Assembly (NCBI GenBank): GCA_963555825.3
Contig: CAUVXB020000001.1
Coordinates: 576,001-640,000, forward strand
Source: Alphaproteobacteria bacterium
GTDB lineage: Bacteria; Pseudomonadota; Alphaproteobacteria; JAAXGF01
Direction of reading: 5' to 3'
DNA: 64,000 bases
Positions 1 through 25,088 of this stretch are shown here, piece by piece. The translations under genes and the position numbers were made by a program. The notes below the pieces were generated by a model. It was not told the origin of the DNA and did no database searches. It saw nothing but the letters and a program-made list of their open reading frames with translations. Within the stretch, counting starts at the first letter, position 1, and each line of letters opens with the position of its first letter.

Positions 1-440
1 TCCAGCTTCACGCCCTGGCCTACAATCTGGGCAACTTCATGAGGACACTGGCTTTGCCGAAGGAGGTGGAGCACTGGTCGATGACGACGTTGCGCGACAA
101 GCTGGTGAAGATCGGGGCCAAGGTTGTCCGACATGGCCGCTACGTTACGTTCCAATTGGCTGAGGTGGCGGTGCCGAGGGACCTGTTCCGGAAAATCCTG
201 AGCTTGATTGATGATCTGCGACGAAGACCCGCTCCGGCGTAGGCCGAGGGAATCGACGGCGAGGAGAAAGCGACAGGAGAGGTGTGTCTGGATGGCGAGA
301 AAAATGACCGAGTGGCCTTCCAAGCGCGGGCCGATTACCAAAATCATGCCATCGGATGGCTGCATAGGGGATACAGTTCCCTTGGCGGTGGGAAAGTGGT
401 ACGATTTCCACGAATTTGGATGGTATATGGGGAATGTCGG
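1..440 (+). mobile_element. IS1380-family insertion sequence, right part (truncated by window start)
   Basis: Near-identical reverse complement of 56122-56561; ends in terminal repeat ...TGGGGAATGTCGG at 440. Confidence 0.9.
3..242 (+). CDS. IS1380-family transposase, C-terminal part (partial)
   Basis: QLHALAYNLGNFMRTLALP...LRRRPAPA matches the C-terminus of ORF 56320-57669. Confidence 0.9.
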   Translation, partial: QLHALAYNLGNFMRTLALPKEVEHWSMTTLRDKLVKIGAKVVRHGRYVTFQLAEVAVPRDLFRKILSLIDDLRRRPAPA

Positions 441-540
441 TTATTATAACTTCCAGGATTCGACGTGCGCAACCTTATCAGTTCGAAACGGCCTCCTATA
501 TATGGTGTTCGCGAGACGGCGTTCGCGCCCGTCAAAATCA

Positions 541-568
541 TTGACAACGCAGCGGGAATTCCCATAGT
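541..568 (+). promoter_or_regulatory. sigma70-type promoter of the tRNA-Tyr/Gly-tuf operon
   Basis: TTGACA-16 nt-CATAGT followed by a GC-rich discriminator, about 37 nt upstream of tRNA-Tyr. Confidence 0.65.
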
Positions 569-605
569 GCGCTCTTCCGCTACGACCGCTGACCCGCGTC
601 TGCGC

Positions 606-691
606 GGAGGGGTGGCCGAGTGGTTAAAGGCAGCAGACTGTAAATCTGCCGACGTACGTCTACGTAGGTTCGAATCCTACCCCCTCCACCA
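606..691 (+). tRNA. tRNA-Tyr(GTA)
   Basis: GGAGGGG/CCCCTCC acceptor stem, GCAGA-CTGTAAA-TCTGC anticodon arm, long variable arm, GTTCGAA, CCA end. Confidence 0.97.
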
Positions 692-724
692 CGGCGCGGC
701 ATCTCGATGGGCTGAAGGCAACAT

Positions 725-798
725 GCGGGTGTAGCTCAGTGGTAGAGCTCCAGCCTTCCAAGCTGGCTACGCGGGTTCGATCCCCGCCACCCGCTCCA
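725..798 (+). tRNA. tRNA-Gly(TCC)
   Basis: GCGGGTG/CACCCGC acceptor stem, CCAGC-CTTCCAA-GCTGG anticodon arm, CCA end. Confidence 0.97.
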
Positions 799-878
799 AG
801 GTCGGGTATTTGGGCGGTGGCGAACGACGAAAGTAGGCGACGGGCGACCTCAACCCCTGGATTTTGAGAGTTAAGGCG

Positions 879-2069
<1,191 letters not shown>

Positions 2070-2145
2070 CTGGGGAGGCATATGGCGGGGCTGCTGGCCG
2101 TGCGCGTGAGCGCCGTTGCGGCCAATGCGCCGAATTGGGCGCGCT

Positions 2146-2221
2146 AGGAGTGTAGCTCAACTGGTAGAGCACCGGTCTCCAAAACCGGGGGCTGGGGGTT
2201 CGAGTCCCTCCACTCCTGCCA
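2146..2221 (+). tRNA. tRNA-Trp(CCA)
   Basis: AGGAGTG/CACTCCT stem, CCGGT-CTCCAAA-ACCGG anticodon arm, CCA end; canonical position before secE. Confidence 0.97.
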
Positions 2222-2285
2222 GCGCAGCTCCAGTCGCGTTACGCCGCCGCCTGTCGATAGGCTAATTGAAGGAATTGCCGAGAGT

Positions 2286-2483
2286 ATGGCCAAGACGTCG
2301 CCTAACGAGTTCGTTCGACAGGTTCGCCAGGAGACCGCGAAGGTCACCTGGCCGTCCCGTAAGGAGACGTTGGTCACCACCGGCATGGTGTTCGTGATGG
2401 TTTTTCTGATGGCGATATTCTTCTTCTTCGCCGATCAACTGTTGTCTTGGGGCGTGCGCCTTGTCCTGGGTCTTGGAGGCTGA
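2286..2483 (+). CDS. secE: Preprotein translocase subunit SecE
   Basis: KVTWPSRKE motif plus one transmembrane helix. Confidence 0.97.
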   Translation: MAKTSPNEFVRQVRQETAKVTWPSRKETLVTTGMVFVMVFLMAIFFFFADQLLSWGVRLVLGLGG

Positions 2484-2485
2484 GC

Positions 2486-3016
2486 GTGGCGAAACACTGG
2501 TACATCATCCACGTCTATTCGGGCTTCGAGAAGAAGGTCGCCCAGTCGATTCGCGAACAGGTCCAGACGAAGAGCCTCGCCGACGTCATCGAAGAGGTTC
2601 TGGTGCCGACCGAGGAAGTCGTCGAGATGCGCCGCGGTCAGCGGGTGTCGACCGAACGTAAGTTCTTCCCGGGCTACGTGCTGGTGCATATGGAACTCAG
2701 TGATGAGAGCTGGCATATCGTCAAGAACACGCCGAAGGTCACCGGGTTCTTGGGCGCGGGCGGACGACCGACGCCGATCTCGGAGGCCGAGGCGCGGCGT
2801 GTGATTCACCAAGTGCAGGAGGGCGTCGAGCGGCCCAAGCCGTCGATCACCTACGAGATCGGCGAGTTGGTGCGCGTCTGCGACGGCCCGTTCAGTTCGT
2901 TCAACGGCTTGGTCGAGGATGTCGACGAGGAGCGGGCTCGGCTCAAGGTCGCGGTGTCGATATTCGGTCGCGCAACCCCGGTCGAGCTCGAGTATACGCA
3001 GGTCGAAAAGACCTGA
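2486..3016 (+). CDS. nusG: Transcription termination/antitermination factor NusG
   Basis: GTG start; WYIIHVYSGFEKKV, FFPGYVLV, IFGRATPVEL. Confidence 0.97.
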   Translation: MAKHWYIIHVYSGFEKKVAQSIREQVQTKSLADVIEEVLVPTEEVVEMRRGQRVSTERKFFPGYVLVHMELSDESWHIVKNTPKVTGFLGAGGRPTPISEAEARRVIHQVQEGVERPKPSITYEIGELVRVCDGPFSSFNGLVEDVDEERARLKVAVSIFGRATPVELEYTQVEKT

Positions 3017-3101
3017 TAGCGCCGCCGCCGGTGGCGGTGGATTTAGAGCGCGGGAGGCTCGCCACGGCCGCACCGCGCCCCGACATGATTGAGGGATTGA
3101 G

Positions 3102-3530
3102 ATGGCGAAGAAGATAGACGGCTATATCAAGCTACAGGTGCCGGCGGGCAAGGCGAATCCTTCGCCGCCGATCGGCCCGGCGTTGGGTCAGCGGGGCGTC
3201 AACATCATGGCGTTCTGCAAGGAATTCAACGCCGCAACGCAGAACATGGAGCCGGGCATGCCGATCCCGGTGGTGATTACGGTCTACGCCGACCGGTCGT
3301 TCAGCTATATCTCGAAGACGCCTCCGGCGAGCTATTTCCTGAAGCGTGCCGCGGGTCTCGAGAAGGGCGCGCCGGAAGCGGGCCGTGAGTCGGTCGGTCA
3401 GGTCACCATGAAACAGGTACGCGAGATCGCCGAGAAGAAGATGGTCGATCTCAACGCCAACGATATCGACGCGGCGTGCCGGATCATTGCCGGGTCGGCG
3501 CGATCTATGGGCCTCGAGGTGGTGGAGTAG
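3102..3530 (+). CDS. rplK: 50S ribosomal protein L11
   Basis: [23 protein letters not shown]. Confidence 0.98.
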   Translation: MAKKIDGYIKLQVPAGKANPSPPIGPALGQRGVNIMAFCKEFNAATQNMEPGMPIPVVITVYADRSFSYISKTPPASYFLKRAAGLEKGAPEAGRESVGQVTMKQVREIAEKKMVDLNANDIDAACRIIAGSARSMGLEVVE

Positions 3531-3534
3531 ACCG

Positions 3535-4233
3535 ATGTCAAAACTTGGAAAACGCTTGGCCGCCGCCGTCGAAAGCATCGACAGGGAACACCTTTACGAT
3601 CTCGCGGACGCGGTCAAGATGGTCAAGGAGCGGGCGACTGCCAAGTTCGACGAAACCATCGAGATCGCCATCAATCTCGGTGTCGATCCGCGCCATGCCG
3701 ATCAGATGGTGCGCGGCGTCGTACAACTGCCCCACGGCACGGGCCGCTCGGTTCGCGTCGCGGTGTTCGCGCGCGGACCCAAGGCCGAGGAGGCGCAAGA
3801 GGCGGGCGCCGACGTGGTTGGCGCCGAGGATCTCGCCGAACGGGTCCAGAAGGGCGAGATCGACTTCGATCGCTGCATCGCGACACCGGACACCATGCCG
3901 ATCGTCGGCCGCCTGGGCAAGATCCTGGGTCCGCGCGGCATGATGCCGAACCCGAAGCTCGGCACCGTGACACAGGACGTTGCTCAGGCCGTCGCCGACG
4001 CCAAGGGCGGCAGTATCCAGTTTCGCGTCGAAAAGGCCGGTATCATCCATTCCGGCGTCGGCAAGGCGAGTTTCTCGGAAGAGCAACTAATCGAAAACCT
4101 GCGTGCCTTCGTTGGCGCGATCACCCGGGCTAAGCCATCGGGCTCCAAGGGCACCTACCTCAAGCGGGTGGCGCTCAGCTCGACGATGGGGCCGGGCGTC
4201 AAGGTCGACGTCGCGAGCCTCGCGGGAGGTTGA
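3535..4233 (+). CDS. rplA: 50S ribosomal protein L1
   Basis: [32 protein letters not shown]. Confidence 0.98.
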   Translation: MSKLGKRLAAAVESIDREHLYDLADAVKMVKERATAKFDETIEIAINLGVDPRHADQMVRGVVQLPHGTGRSVRVAVFARGPKAEEAQEAGADVVGAEDLAERVQKGEIDFDRCIATPDTMPIVGRLGKILGPRGMMPNPKLGTVTQDVAQAVADAKGGSIQFRVEKAGIIHSGVGKASFSEEQLIENLRAFVGAITRAKPSGSKGTYLKRVALSSTMGPGVKVDVASLAGG

Positions 4234-4325
4234 ATACGCCCCTTGTGGGCGATGCGTTCCGTCGCGGGCCGGTGAAGACTGGCGCGAGGCGGTGAAAGGG
4301 GAGCCGGCGGTGCCGTGCTCTTCAA

Positions 4326-4410
4326 CCTGTCCAAGACTGCGGGTGCGGTGGTGGCCTAGTCACCGCGGCTCAAAGAGAGAGTTTCTCTCGCCGGCACAGA
4401 CGGGGGGTCG
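4326..4410 (+). promoter_or_regulatory. Probable L10 leader (autogenous r-protein regulatory RNA)
   Basis: GTCCAAGACTGCGGGTG...CCGGCACAGACGG pattern in the long rplA-rplJ spacer, resembling the proteobacterial L10 leader; boundaries approximate. Confidence 0.65.
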
Positions 4411-4560
4411 ACTCCGCGAATTACGGGCCCACGGGCGTCGTGATCGGGGGTTTGAACTTCTGGGACAGGCGAACCGGACCATGTCGGATCGCTGGCGGGT
4501 CCAAGCGTAACCGGGACGGGCGGCGCAAGCCGAGACGTCCCAACCAACTGGAGACGATCA

Positions 4561-5079
4561 GTGGACCGATCGCAGAAGGAGCAGATTGTAGCCAACCTGC
4601 ACCAGATCTTCGCCAACACCTCGCTGGTGGTGGTGACGCATCAGGTCGGATTGTCTGTTGCCGATGCCACCGATCTTCGGCGTCGGATGGGCGAGGCGGG
4701 GGCCACCTTCCGGGTGACCAAGAACCGGCTTACCAAGATCGCGCTCGAAGATACGTCGTTTGCCGAGCTCGCCGAAATGTTCGTCGGGCCCACCGCAATC
4801 GCCTTTTCGGAGGACCCGGTGGCGGCGGCACGTGTCGTGGTCGACTACGCGAAGAAGAACGACGGCTTGCAAATAGTTGGCGGCGCGTTGGGCGAGAAGA
4901 TGCTCGACGTGAACGGCGTCAAGGCGCTCGCCAGCCTGCCGTCGCTCGACGAGCTTCGCGGGACGATCATCGGCTTGCTCAACGCGCCTGCGACCAAGGT
5001 CGCCGGCGTGCTTCAGGCGCCGGCGGGCCAGTTAGCCCGAGTGCTCGGCGCCTATGCGCAAACCGGTGAAGCGGCCTGA
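4561..5079 (+). CDS. rplJ: 50S ribosomal protein L10
   Basis: RVTKNRL, GPTAIAFSEDPV, LASLPSLDELR. Confidence 0.97.
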   Translation: MDRSQKEQIVANLHQIFANTSLVVVTHQVGLSVADATDLRRRMGEAGATFRVTKNRLTKIALEDTSFAELAEMFVGPTAIAFSEDPVAAARVVVDYAKKNDGLQIVGGALGEKMLDVNGVKALASLPSLDELRGTIIGLLNAPATKVAGVLQAPAGQLARVLGAYAQTGEAA

Positions 5080-5140
5080 GCGGTGTCAACAGGAACAGCT
5101 ACGAACCAGACGAGAAACGTTCAAACTTTAGGAGAAGACC

Positions 5141-5515
5141 ATGGCTGATTTGGCCAAAATTGCAGACGAACTTTCCGGCCTCACCGTGATGGAGGCCGCC
5201 GAACTGAGTACGATGCTTGAGGAGAAATGGGGCGTGTCGGCAGCTGCGCCGGTTGCCGTTGCCGCGGCGCCTGCCGCCGCCGACACGGCTGCCGCCGAAG
5301 AGCAGACCGAGTTCTCGGTCGTTCTCGCCAGCTATGGCGAAAAGAAGATCAACGTCATCAAGGAGGTCCGGGCGATCACCGCTCTCGGCCTCAAGGAGGC
5401 CAAGGATCTCGTCGAAAGCGCGCCCAGTGCGGTCAAAGAGGGCATCGAGAAAGCCGAGGCCGACAAGATCAAAGAGCAGTTGGAGGCCGCAGGGGCCACC
5501 GTTGAGATCAAGTAG
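5141..5515 (+). CDS. rplL: 50S ribosomal protein L7/L12
   Basis: [25 protein letters not shown]. Confidence 0.98.
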   Translation: MADLAKIADELSGLTVMEAAELSTMLEEKWGVSAAAPVAVAAAPAAADTAAAEEQTEFSVVLASYGEKKINVIKEVRAITALGLKEAKDLVESAPSAVKEGIEKAEADKIKEQLEAAGATVEIK

Positions 5516-5620
5516 CGTCACTAGCGTCTGTTTGTCGTGCTGCCTGCGCCGCACGACGCGACCACACCGGCCGGCCGCTTCGGCGGCCGCGCCGGCTAAT
5601 CGATGATTCGAGGAGTCCGC

Positions 5621-9709
<4,089 letters not shown>

Positions 9710-9782
9710 GAAGCATCACCCGAACGGGTGCGGCCTGGTCGGGCCGGCCCGAATCGCATCCGGGGTGCTCCCGGAACGGTGA

Positions 9783-14012
<4,230 letters not shown>

Positions 14013-14102
14013 CCTTCGGTCGCTGCGCGGCGGCAAACGGGGGAGGTTCGTGGCAAGACGCGGAAAATCGCTATTTTCCGCCGATTTCGCGTCCAATTTG
14101 GC

Positions 14103-14131
14103 TTGACGGGGGTGGGTCGCGAACCTAGTAT
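14103..14131 (+). promoter_or_regulatory. sigma70-type promoter of the str operon
   Basis: TTGACG-17 nt-TAGTAT then GCCGC, upstream of rpsL. Confidence 0.6.
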
Positions 14132-14317
14132 GCCGCTCCGCGGGCGTTGGTGGTAGAACCTTGCGTTTTAGACGCAGCGCCTGAAGACAACGAGTAGACA
14201 TAGACTTTATGCCGTAAGGGCCGGCGAAATCTGCCCTCAGGAAGCAGGCGAGGTCTGCTAAGCCCGGCGTGTCATGCGACTTCGTCGGGCCGATGTTTTA
14301 CTGGAAAGAGACTGGCG

Positions 14318-15173
<856 letters not shown>

Positions 15174-15203
15174 TGCGTGATTCTTTTGTAGAGTAGACGA
15201 ACC

Positions 15204-17279
<2,076 letters not shown>

Positions 17280-17349
17280 GGCGCGCCGGTTCGTGCGCCC
17301 GACGGGCGCAAGATATGAACGCGATAGAGAAGTTACGGAGAACGTAGCG

Positions 17350-18540
<1,191 letters not shown>

Positions 18541-18609
18541 CTGGGACAAAGGGACGGCTGACAAGCCGAAAGGGTGACGACGATGGCGACTACTGGCGGA
18601 AGCAGCAGC

Positions 18610-18918
18610 ATGGAACACCAGAACATCCGGATTCGGTTGAAGGCATTCGACCACCGGGTGCTCGACCAGTCGACCGGTGAGATCGTCAGCACCGCCAAGC
18701 GCACGGGTGCGCAGGTGCGGGGCCCGATCCCCCTGCCGACGCGGATCGAACGCTTCACGGTGTTGCGCTCGCCGCACATCGACAAGAAGTCGCGTGAGCA
18801 GTTCGAGATCCGCACTCACAAGCGTCTGCTGGACATCATCGATCCGACGCCGCAGACGGTCGACGCGCTGATGAAACTCGACCTCGCCGCCGGCGTCGAC
18901 GTCGAGATCAAGCTGTAG
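18610..18918 (+). CDS. rpsJ: 30S ribosomal protein S10
   Basis: [33 protein letters not shown]. Confidence 0.98.
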   Translation: MEHQNIRIRLKAFDHRVLDQSTGEIVSTAKRTGAQVRGPIPLPTRIERFTVLRSPHIDKKSREQFEIRTHKRLLDIIDPTPQTVDALMKLDLAAGVDVEIKL

Positions 18919-18928
18919 GGGCTGAACG

Positions 18929-19762
18929 ATGCGTACCGGTCTTATCGCACAGAAAATGGGCATGACCCGCGTGTTCGCCGCAGACGGTGGACACGTACCG
19001 GTCACCGTGCTCAAGGTCGACGACTGCCAGGTGATCGGCACACGGACCGAAGAGCGCGACGGATATTCGGCGCTGCAGCTCGGTGTCGGCAAGGCCAAGG
19101 TCAAGAATGTCGGCAAGGCGATGCGCGGGCATTTCGCGGCGGCGCGTGTCGAGCCGAAGCGCAAGGTCGTTGAATTCCGTGTTTCCTCCGATGCGCTGGT
19201 CGACGTCGGCGCGACCATCTCGGTCGACCATTTCGTCTCCGGTCAGTTGGTCGATGTCGTCGGTACCTCGATCGGCAAGGGTTATGCCGGCGTCATGAAG
19301 CGCCACAACTTCTCGGGCCAGCGCGCCACTCACGGCGTCTCGCTGTCGCACCGCGCAGCCGGCTCGACCGGCCAATGCCAGGACCCGGGCAAGGTCTTCA
19401 AGGGCAAGAAGATGGCCGGCCATATGGGTGATGCCCGGGTGACCGTGCAGAATCTCGAAATCATCGACGTCGACACCGAGAAGGGGCTGATCCTGGTCAA
19501 GGGCGGGGTGCCCGGCGCGAAGAGCGGTTTCGTTCTCGTCTCCGACGCCAAGAAGCGCGCACGGCCGGAGAGCGCGCCTTATCCGGCGGCGCTTTCGGGC
19601 GGCGCACCGACGCCCGAAGAGACGGTCGATGAGACCGAGGTAGTCGAGGACGAGGTCGACGCCGTCGAGGCCGAGACGGCAATCGTCGAGACAGTGGATG
19701 CCGGCGCCGATGCGGCTGCGGATGCTGACGAGTCCGGCGACGACGGCGACAAGAAGGAGTAG
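18929..19762 (+). CDS. rplC: 50S ribosomal protein L3 with acidic C-terminal extension
   Basis: [23 protein letters not shown]. Confidence 0.98.
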   Translation: MRTGLIAQKMGMTRVFAADGGHVPVTVLKVDDCQVIGTRTEERDGYSALQLGVGKAKVKNVGKAMRGHFAAARVEPKRKVVEFRVSSDALVDVGATISVDHFVSGQLVDVVGTSIGKGYAGVMKRHNFSGQRATHGVSLSHRAAGSTGQCQDPGKVFKGKKMAGHMGDARVTVQNLEIIDVDTEKGLILVKGGVPGAKSGFVLVSDAKKRARPESAPYPAALSGGAPTPEETVDETEVVEDEVDAVEAETAIVETVDAGADAAADADESGDDGDKKE

Positions 19763-19767
19763 CGGCG

Positions 19768-20388
19768 GTGAAGTGCGACGTAACCACGCTTGAAAATGGC
19801 GAAGCAGGCAGCATCGACCTGGCGGACGAAGTGTTCGGCCTGCCGTCGCGCGCCGATATCTTGCAGCGCACGGTCGTCTGGCAGCTCGCCAAGCGCCGCG
19901 CCGGAACGCACAAGACCAAGGGCACCAGCGACGTCAACGGATCGCGCCAGAAGGTTTTCCGCCAGAAGGGTGGTGGCCGGGCGCGCCATCGGACGCGCCA
20001 CGCGACGCAGTTCCGCGGCGGTTCGGTGACGTTCGGTCCGGTCGTGCGCAGCCATGCCATCGGGCTGCCCAAGAAGGTTCGGCGACTGGCGCTCAAGACC
20101 GCACTGTCAACCAAGCTGGCCGAGGGCAAGCTGAAGGTGGTCGACGCGCTGGCGGCCGAGACACCCAAGACGGCGGCGTTGGGCAAGACCATCGACGCGC
20201 TGGGGTGGTCGCGCATCCTGTTCATCGACGGCAGCCAGCTGGACGTGAATTTCCAGCGCGCCGCGGCCAACCTGATCGGCGTCAAGGTGATGCCGCAGGA
20301 GGGCGCCAATGTTTACGACATCCTGCGCTGCGACACGCTTGTCCTGTCGCGCGCGGCGGTCGAGCACCTGGAGGCACGCCTCAAATGA
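19768..20388 (+). CDS. rplD: 50S ribosomal protein L4
   Basis: [27 protein letters not shown]. Confidence 0.97.
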   Translation: MKCDVTTLENGEAGSIDLADEVFGLPSRADILQRTVVWQLAKRRAGTHKTKGTSDVNGSRQKVFRQKGGGRARHRTRHATQFRGGSVTFGPVVRSHAIGLPKKVRRLALKTALSTKLAEGKLKVVDALAAETPKTAALGKTIDALGWSRILFIDGSQLDVNFQRAAANLIGVKVMPQEGANVYDILRCDTLVLSRAAVEHLEARLK

Positions 20389-20678
20389 TCCGCGAGAGCA
20401 TGTACGACATCATCCGGGCGCCGGTGGTTACCGAAAAGTCGACCCAGGGCAGCGAGTACAACCAGGTGACGTTCCGGGTCAGCCCCAACGCGACCAAGCC
20501 GCAAATCAAGCGGGCGGTCGAAGGGTTGTTCAGCGTCAAGGTGACCAAGGTCAACACGCTCAACATGAACGGCAAGGTCAAGATGTTCAAAGGCCGGCGG
20601 GGCAAGCGTGCCGATTACAAGAAAGCGATCGTGACCCTCGCCGAGGGCAATTCGATCGATATCACGACGGGGATCTAA
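20385..20678 (+). CDS. rplW: 50S ribosomal protein L23
   Basis: [22 protein letters not shown]; ATGA overlap with rplD. Confidence 0.97.
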   Translation: MIRESMYDIIRAPVVTEKSTQGSEYNQVTFRVSPNATKPQIKRAVEGLFSVKVTKVNTLNMNGKVKMFKGRRGKRADYKKAIVTLAEGNSIDITTGI

Positions 20679-20681
20679 GTC

Positions 20682-21509
20682 ATGGCTCTGAAGCATTTCA
20701 AGCCGACCACGCCGTCCCAGCGCGAGCTCGTGCTGGTCGACCGCTCGGCGCTTTGGAAGGGCAAGCCCGTGAAGACGCTGACCGAAGGCTTGAGCAAGTC
20801 CGGTGGGCGGAACAACAAGGGGCGTGTCACGGTGTGGTCGCGCGGTGGTGGCCACAAGCGCCGCTACCGTATGATCGACTTCAAAAGGCGCAAGTTCGAC
20901 GTGCCGGCCAAGGTCGAGCGGCTCGAGTACGATCCCAATCGTTCGGCCTTCATTGCGCTGATCCGATACCAGGACGGCGAGTTGTCCTACATCGTCGCGC
21001 CGCAGCGACTGCGCGTCGGCGATAGCGTGATCTCGGCCGAGCGGGCCGACATCGTGCCCGGCAACGCGATGCCGATGCAGAACATTCCGGTCGGCACGAT
21101 CATCCATAACATCGAGATGAAGCCGGGCAAGGGCGCCCAGATGGCGCGCGCCGCCGGTGCCTATGCGCAGCTGGTCGGCAAGGATTCCGGTTATGTCCTG
21201 CTGCGCCTCACGTCGGGCGAGCGGCGCATGGTGCGCGCCGAGTGCATGGCGACGATTGGCGCCGTGTCGAACCCGGATCATCAGAACATCAATCTCGGCA
21301 AGGCGGGTCGCAAGCGCTGGCTGGGCAGGCGTCCTGTCGTGCGCGGTGTCGCCATGAACCCGGTCGACCATCCGCATGGCGGCGGCGAGGGCCGCACCTC
21401 GGGCGGCCGGCACCCGGTCACGCCGTGGGGCAAGCCCACCAAGGGCAAGCGGACGCGCTCGAACAAATCAACCGACCGCCTGATTCTCAGGCGCCGGCGC
21501 AAGAAATAG
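20682..21509 (+). CDS. rplB: 50S ribosomal protein L2
   Basis: [26 protein letters not shown]. Confidence 0.99.
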   Translation: MALKHFKPTTPSQRELVLVDRSALWKGKPVKTLTEGLSKSGGRNNKGRVTVWSRGGGHKRRYRMIDFKRRKFDVPAKVERLEYDPNRSAFIALIRYQDGELSYIVAPQRLRVGDSVISAERADIVPGNAMPMQNIPVGTIIHNIEMKPGKGAQMARAAGAYAQLVGKDSGYVLLRLTSGERRMVRAECMATIGAVSNPDHQNINLGKAGRKRWLGRRPVVRGVAMNPVDHPHGGGEGRTSGGRHPVTPWGKPTKGKRTRSNKSTDRLILRRRRKK

Positions 21510-21521
21510 GAGTGAATTGAC

Positions 21522-21800
21522 GTGGCACGTTCGGTTTGGAAGGGGCCCTTCGTCGACGGCTATCTCCTGCGCAAGGCGGAGACGGCGCGCGCGACGGGGC
21601 GCAAAGAGGTAATCCGCACCTGGTCGCGGCGCTCGACGATTCTGCCTCAGTTCGTCGGCCTCACATTCGGTGTCTACAACGGGCGCAAGTTCGTCCCCGT
21701 GCTGGTCACCGAGAACATGGTCGGCCACAAGCTGGGCGAGTTCTCGCCGACCCGGACTTACTTCGGCCACACCGCCGACAAGAAAGTGCGGAGGATTTAA
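21522..21800 (+). CDS. rpsS: 30S ribosomal protein S19
   Basis: [21 protein letters not shown]. Confidence 0.98.
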   Translation: MARSVWKGPFVDGYLLRKAETARATGRKEVIRTWSRRSTILPQFVGLTFGVYNGRKFVPVLVTENMVGHKLGEFSPTRTYFGHTADKKVRRI

Positions 21801-21804
21801 CGGC

Positions 21805-22185
21805 ATGGGTAAGCAGGCCAACGAGCGCCGCTTGGCGGAAAACGAGGCGATGGCGATAACCCGTCGGCTGCGCATCGGCGCGCAAAAGCTGAACCTGGTC
21901 GCCGAGAGCATCCGCGGCCTGGCGGTCGACGATGCGCTGAGCCGGTTGAGCTTCTCGCGCCGCCGCATCGCCGGCGACGTACGCAAGACCGTGCAGTCCG
22001 CGATCGCCAACGCGGAGAACAACCACAATCTCGACGTCGACCGGCTCTATGTCGCCGAGGCAACGGTCGGCAGAGCCATGGTCATGAAACGCTGGCGCGC
22101 CCGGGCGCGCGGCCGCGTCGCCCGTATCGAGAAGCCATTCAGCCACCTGACCGTGGTCGTACGCGAACGCGAGGAGCAAATCTAA
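21805..22185 (+). CDS. rplV: 50S ribosomal protein L22
   Basis: [22 protein letters not shown]. Confidence 0.97.
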   Translation: MGKQANERRLAENEAMAITRRLRIGAQKLNLVAESIRGLAVDDALSRLSFSRRRIAGDVRKTVQSAIANAENNHNLDVDRLYVAEATVGRAMVMKRWRARARGRVARIEKPFSHLTVVVREREEQI

Positions 22186-22868
22186 TGGGCCAGAAGGTCA
22201 ATCCGATCGGTCTGCGTCTGGGGATCAACCGGACCTGGGACTCGCGCTGGTACGCCGACAGCAACTACGCCGATTTGCTGCACGAGGACATCCGCCTGCG
22301 CAAATATCTGAAGAAGCGCCTGGCCCAGGCCGGCGTCAGCCGGGTCGTCATCGAGCGGCCAGCCAAGAAGGCGCGCATCACGATTCACACCGCGCGGCCT
22401 GGCGTCGTCATCGGCAAGAAGGGCGTCGACATCGAGAAGTTGCGCGTCGACATCGCCGCGATGACCGGCGGCGAGGTGCATCTCAACATCGTCGAGATTC
22501 GCAAGCCCGAGATCGATGCCCAGCTGGTCGCCGAGAACATCGCCCAGCAGCTCGAGCGGCGCATCGGTTTTCGCCGCGCCATGAAGCGCGCCGTGCAGTC
22601 GGCGATGCGGCTTGGCGCGCAAGGCATCCGGATCAACTGTGGCGGCCGTCTGGGCGGCGCCGAGATCGCGCGCACCGAGTGGTACCGCGAGGGCCGCGTG
22701 CCGCTGCACACGCTGCGCGCCGATGTCGATTACGGCACCACGACAGCGATCACGAGCTATGGCACCTGCGGCGTCAAGGTTTGGGTCTTCAAGGGCGAGA
22801 TCATGGAACACGACCCGATGGCGCAGGACAAGCGCGCCATGGATCAGCAGACCGGCGCGCGCGGTTAA
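22185..22868 (+). CDS. rpsC: 30S ribosomal protein S3
   Basis: [27 protein letters not shown]. Confidence 0.99.
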   Translation: MGQKVNPIGLRLGINRTWDSRWYADSNYADLLHEDIRLRKYLKKRLAQAGVSRVVIERPAKKARITIHTARPGVVIGKKGVDIEKLRVDIAAMTGGEVHLNIVEIRKPEIDAQLVAENIAQQLERRIGFRRAMKRAVQSAMRLGAQGIRINCGGRLGGAEIARTEWYREGRVPLHTLRADVDYGTTTAITSYGTCGVKVWVFKGEIMEHDPMAQDKRAMDQQTGARG

Positions 22869-22894
22869 GGTTTTAGGTAGAGGGACGTTTCGAC

Positions 22895-23311
22895 ATGTTA
22901 AGCCCCAAGCGGACGAAGTATCGCAAGGCCCACAAGGGCCGCGTGCACGGCCTGGCCAAGGGCGGGACCGAGCTCAATTTCGGTTCCTATGGGCTGAAGG
23001 CGACGACGACGGGCCGCATCACCTCGCGCCAGATCGAGGCTGCGCGGCGCGCCATCACGCGTCGGATGAAGCGTGCTGGGCGTGTCTGGATCCGGATTTT
23101 TCCAGACGTGCCGGTCAGCACCAAGCCGACCGAAGTACGCATGGGTAAGGGCAAAGGCTCGCCCGAATATTGGATGGCGCGGGTCAAGCCGGGCCGCATC
23201 ATGTTCGAGGTCGACGGTGTCGACGAGGTTATCGCCCGCGAGGCGTTCGACCGCGGCGCGGCGAAGTTGCCGGTTCAGACGCGCATCATCATACGTCCCG
23301 AGGAGGTCTAG
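22895..23311 (+). CDS. rplP: 50S ribosomal protein L16
   Basis: [20 protein letters not shown]. Confidence 0.99.
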   Translation: MLSPKRTKYRKAHKGRVHGLAKGGTELNFGSYGLKATTTGRITSRQIEAARRAITRRMKRAGRVWIRIFPDVPVSTKPTEVRMGKGKGSPEYWMARVKPGRIMFEVDGVDEVIAREAFDRGAAKLPVQTRIIIRPEEV

Positions 23312-23314
23312 GCG

Positions 23315-23512
23315 ATGAAGGCCGAAGAAGTCCGCGCGAAGACCCCCGACGAGCTGTCGGACGCGCTGATCGAGCTCAAGAAGGAGGCGTTCAATCTGCG
23401 CTTCCAACGGGCCACGGGCCAGCTCGAGAACACGGCGCGTATGCGCAAGGTTCGGCGCGATATCGCGCGCATCAAAACCGTGCTGCGGGTTAATGCCCGC
23501 GCCGCGTCTTAG
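23315..23512 (+). CDS. rpmC: 50S ribosomal protein L29
   Basis: [19 protein letters not shown]. Confidence 0.97.
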   Translation: MKAEEVRAKTPDELSDALIELKKEAFNLRFQRATGQLENTARMRKVRRDIARIKTVLRVNARAAS

Positions 23513-23522
23513 GAGTGCTGTG

Positions 23523-23759
23523 ATGCCGGGACGAGTTATGAGCGGAACGGTGGTGAGCGTGGCCGGCGACAAGACCGTTATTGTCCGCGTCGAGCGCCGT
23601 GTGCGCCACCCGATTTATAAGAAGTTCATTCGGCGTTCGAAGAAATACGCCGCGCATGACGCCGACAACCGGTGCAAGCTCGGCGATTTGGTTCGCATCG
23701 GCGAAACGCGGCCGCGGTCAAAGACCAAGCATTGGGAAGTACTGGTCGACGCCGCCTAA
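23523..23759 (+). CDS. rpsQ: 30S ribosomal protein S17
   Basis: [23 protein letters not shown]; ATG after AGGAG. Confidence 0.96.
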   Translation: MPGRVMSGTVVSVAGDKTVIVRVERRVRHPIYKKFIRRSKKYAAHDADNRCKLGDLVRIGETRPRSKTKHWEVLVDAA

Positions 23760-23791
23760 GCGGTGCGACCTTGCGGTAGGAAGGATTTGTC

Positions 23792-24160
23792 ATGATTCAG
23801 ATGCAAACCAACCTGGATGTCGCCGATAACTCCGGCGCGCGTCGGGTGCAGTGCATCAAGGTGCTGGGCGGTTCGGGGCGGACCACGGCCAACGTCGGCG
23901 ACGTGATCGTCGTCTCGGTCAAGGACGCCATCCCGCGCGGCAAGGTGAAGAAGGGCGACATGCATCGCGCGGTCATCGTGCGTACCGCCAAGGAGATTCG
24001 ACGGAAGGACGGCACGGCGATCCGCTTCGATCGCAACGCCGCCGTCCTGATCACGCCGCAGGGCGAGCCGATCGGCACGCGTATCTTTGGCCCGGTGACG
24101 CGCGAGCTCAGGGCGAAGAAGTTCATGAAGATCATTTCGCTCGCGCCCGAGGTGTTGTGA
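23792..24160 (+). CDS. rplN: 50S ribosomal protein L14
   Basis: [23 protein letters not shown]. Confidence 0.99.
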   Translation: MIQMQTNLDVADNSGARRVQCIKVLGGSGRTTANVGDVIVVSVKDAIPRGKVKKGDMHRAVIVRTAKEIRRKDGTAIRFDRNAAVLITPQGEPIGTRIFGPVTRELRAKKFMKIISLAPEVL

Positions 24161-24483
24161 TGAACACGAAACTACGCGTCAAGAAGGGTGACGAAGTGAT
24201 CGTCTTGACCGGCCGGGAAAAGGGCAAGAAGGGCAGCGTGTTGAAGGTCATGCCAAAGGACCAGCGCCTGCTCGTTCAGGGCGTCAACATGGTCAAACGC
24301 CACACCCGGCCGTCGCAAGCCAATCCGGGCGGCATCATCGAGAAGGAAGGCAGTCTCCACGTCTCGAATGTCGCTCATGTCGACCCCAAGACCGGTGAGC
24401 CGACCCGTGTCGGCTACCGCTACCTCGACGACGGCCGCAAGGTGCGCTTCGCGAAGCGCTCGGGCGAGATCATCGACGTCTGA
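24160..24483 (+). CDS. rplX: 50S ribosomal protein L24
   Basis: [23 protein letters not shown]. Confidence 0.97.
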   Translation: MNTKLRVKKGDEVIVLTGREKGKKGSVLKVMPKDQRLLVQGVNMVKRHTRPSQANPGGIIEKEGSLHVSNVAHVDPKTGEPTRVGYRYLDDGRKVRFAKRSGEIIDV

Positions 24484-24514
24484 GGCGGCAGAGAGCCGAG
24501 AGAGAGAAACCGCT

Positions 24515-25057
24515 ATGACCCCGCGTATGAAAGAGCATTACGAAACGGTCGTGCGGCCGGAACTGCTGAAGCAGTTCGGCTACGCCAATCCGATGCAGGT
24601 GCCGCGTTTGGACAAGATCGTCGTCAATATGGGCGTCGGCGAGGCGACCGGTGACAGCAAGGTGATCGCCTCGACGGTCGACGAGATGACCTTGATCACC
24701 GGCCAGAAGCCGATCGTCATCAAGGCGAAGCGCTCGGTCGCGGCGTTCAAGCTGCGCGAGGGCATGCCGATCGGCGTCAAAGTGACGCTCCGGCGCACCC
24801 GGATGTATGAGTTTCTCGACCGCTTGATCACAATCGCCCTGCCGCGCGTGCGCGATTTCCGCGGCGTCTCGCCGAAGAGCTTCGACGGGCGCGGCAACTT
24901 CGCGATTGGCATCAAGGAGCAGATCGTGTTCCCCGAAATCGAGTACGACAAGATCGACAACGTGCGGGGCATGGACATTGTCATTGTGACGACGGCTGAC
25001 ACCGACGATGAAGCGCGCGCGCTGCTCGCCGGTTTCCAGATGCCGTTCAACGCTTAA
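24515..25057 (+). CDS. rplE: 50S ribosomal protein L5
   Basis: [26 protein letters not shown]. Confidence 0.98.
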   Translation: MTPRMKEHYETVVRPELLKQFGYANPMQVPRLDKIVVNMGVGEATGDSKVIASTVDEMTLITGQKPIVIKAKRSVAAFKLREGMPIGVKVTLRRTRMYEFLDRLITIALPRVRDFRGVSPKSFDGRGNFAIGIKEQIVFPEIEYDKIDNVRGMDIVIVTTADTDDEARALLAGFQMPFNA

Positions 25058-25088
25058 CGTTAGAAGACGACCGAACGAGGTTCTGTAA

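Noticed and set aside
208-567. ORFs 208-567, 145-411, 56055-56354 and 56151-56417
   Set aside because: They arise from the non-coding right end of IS1380 and recur only because the IS is duplicated.
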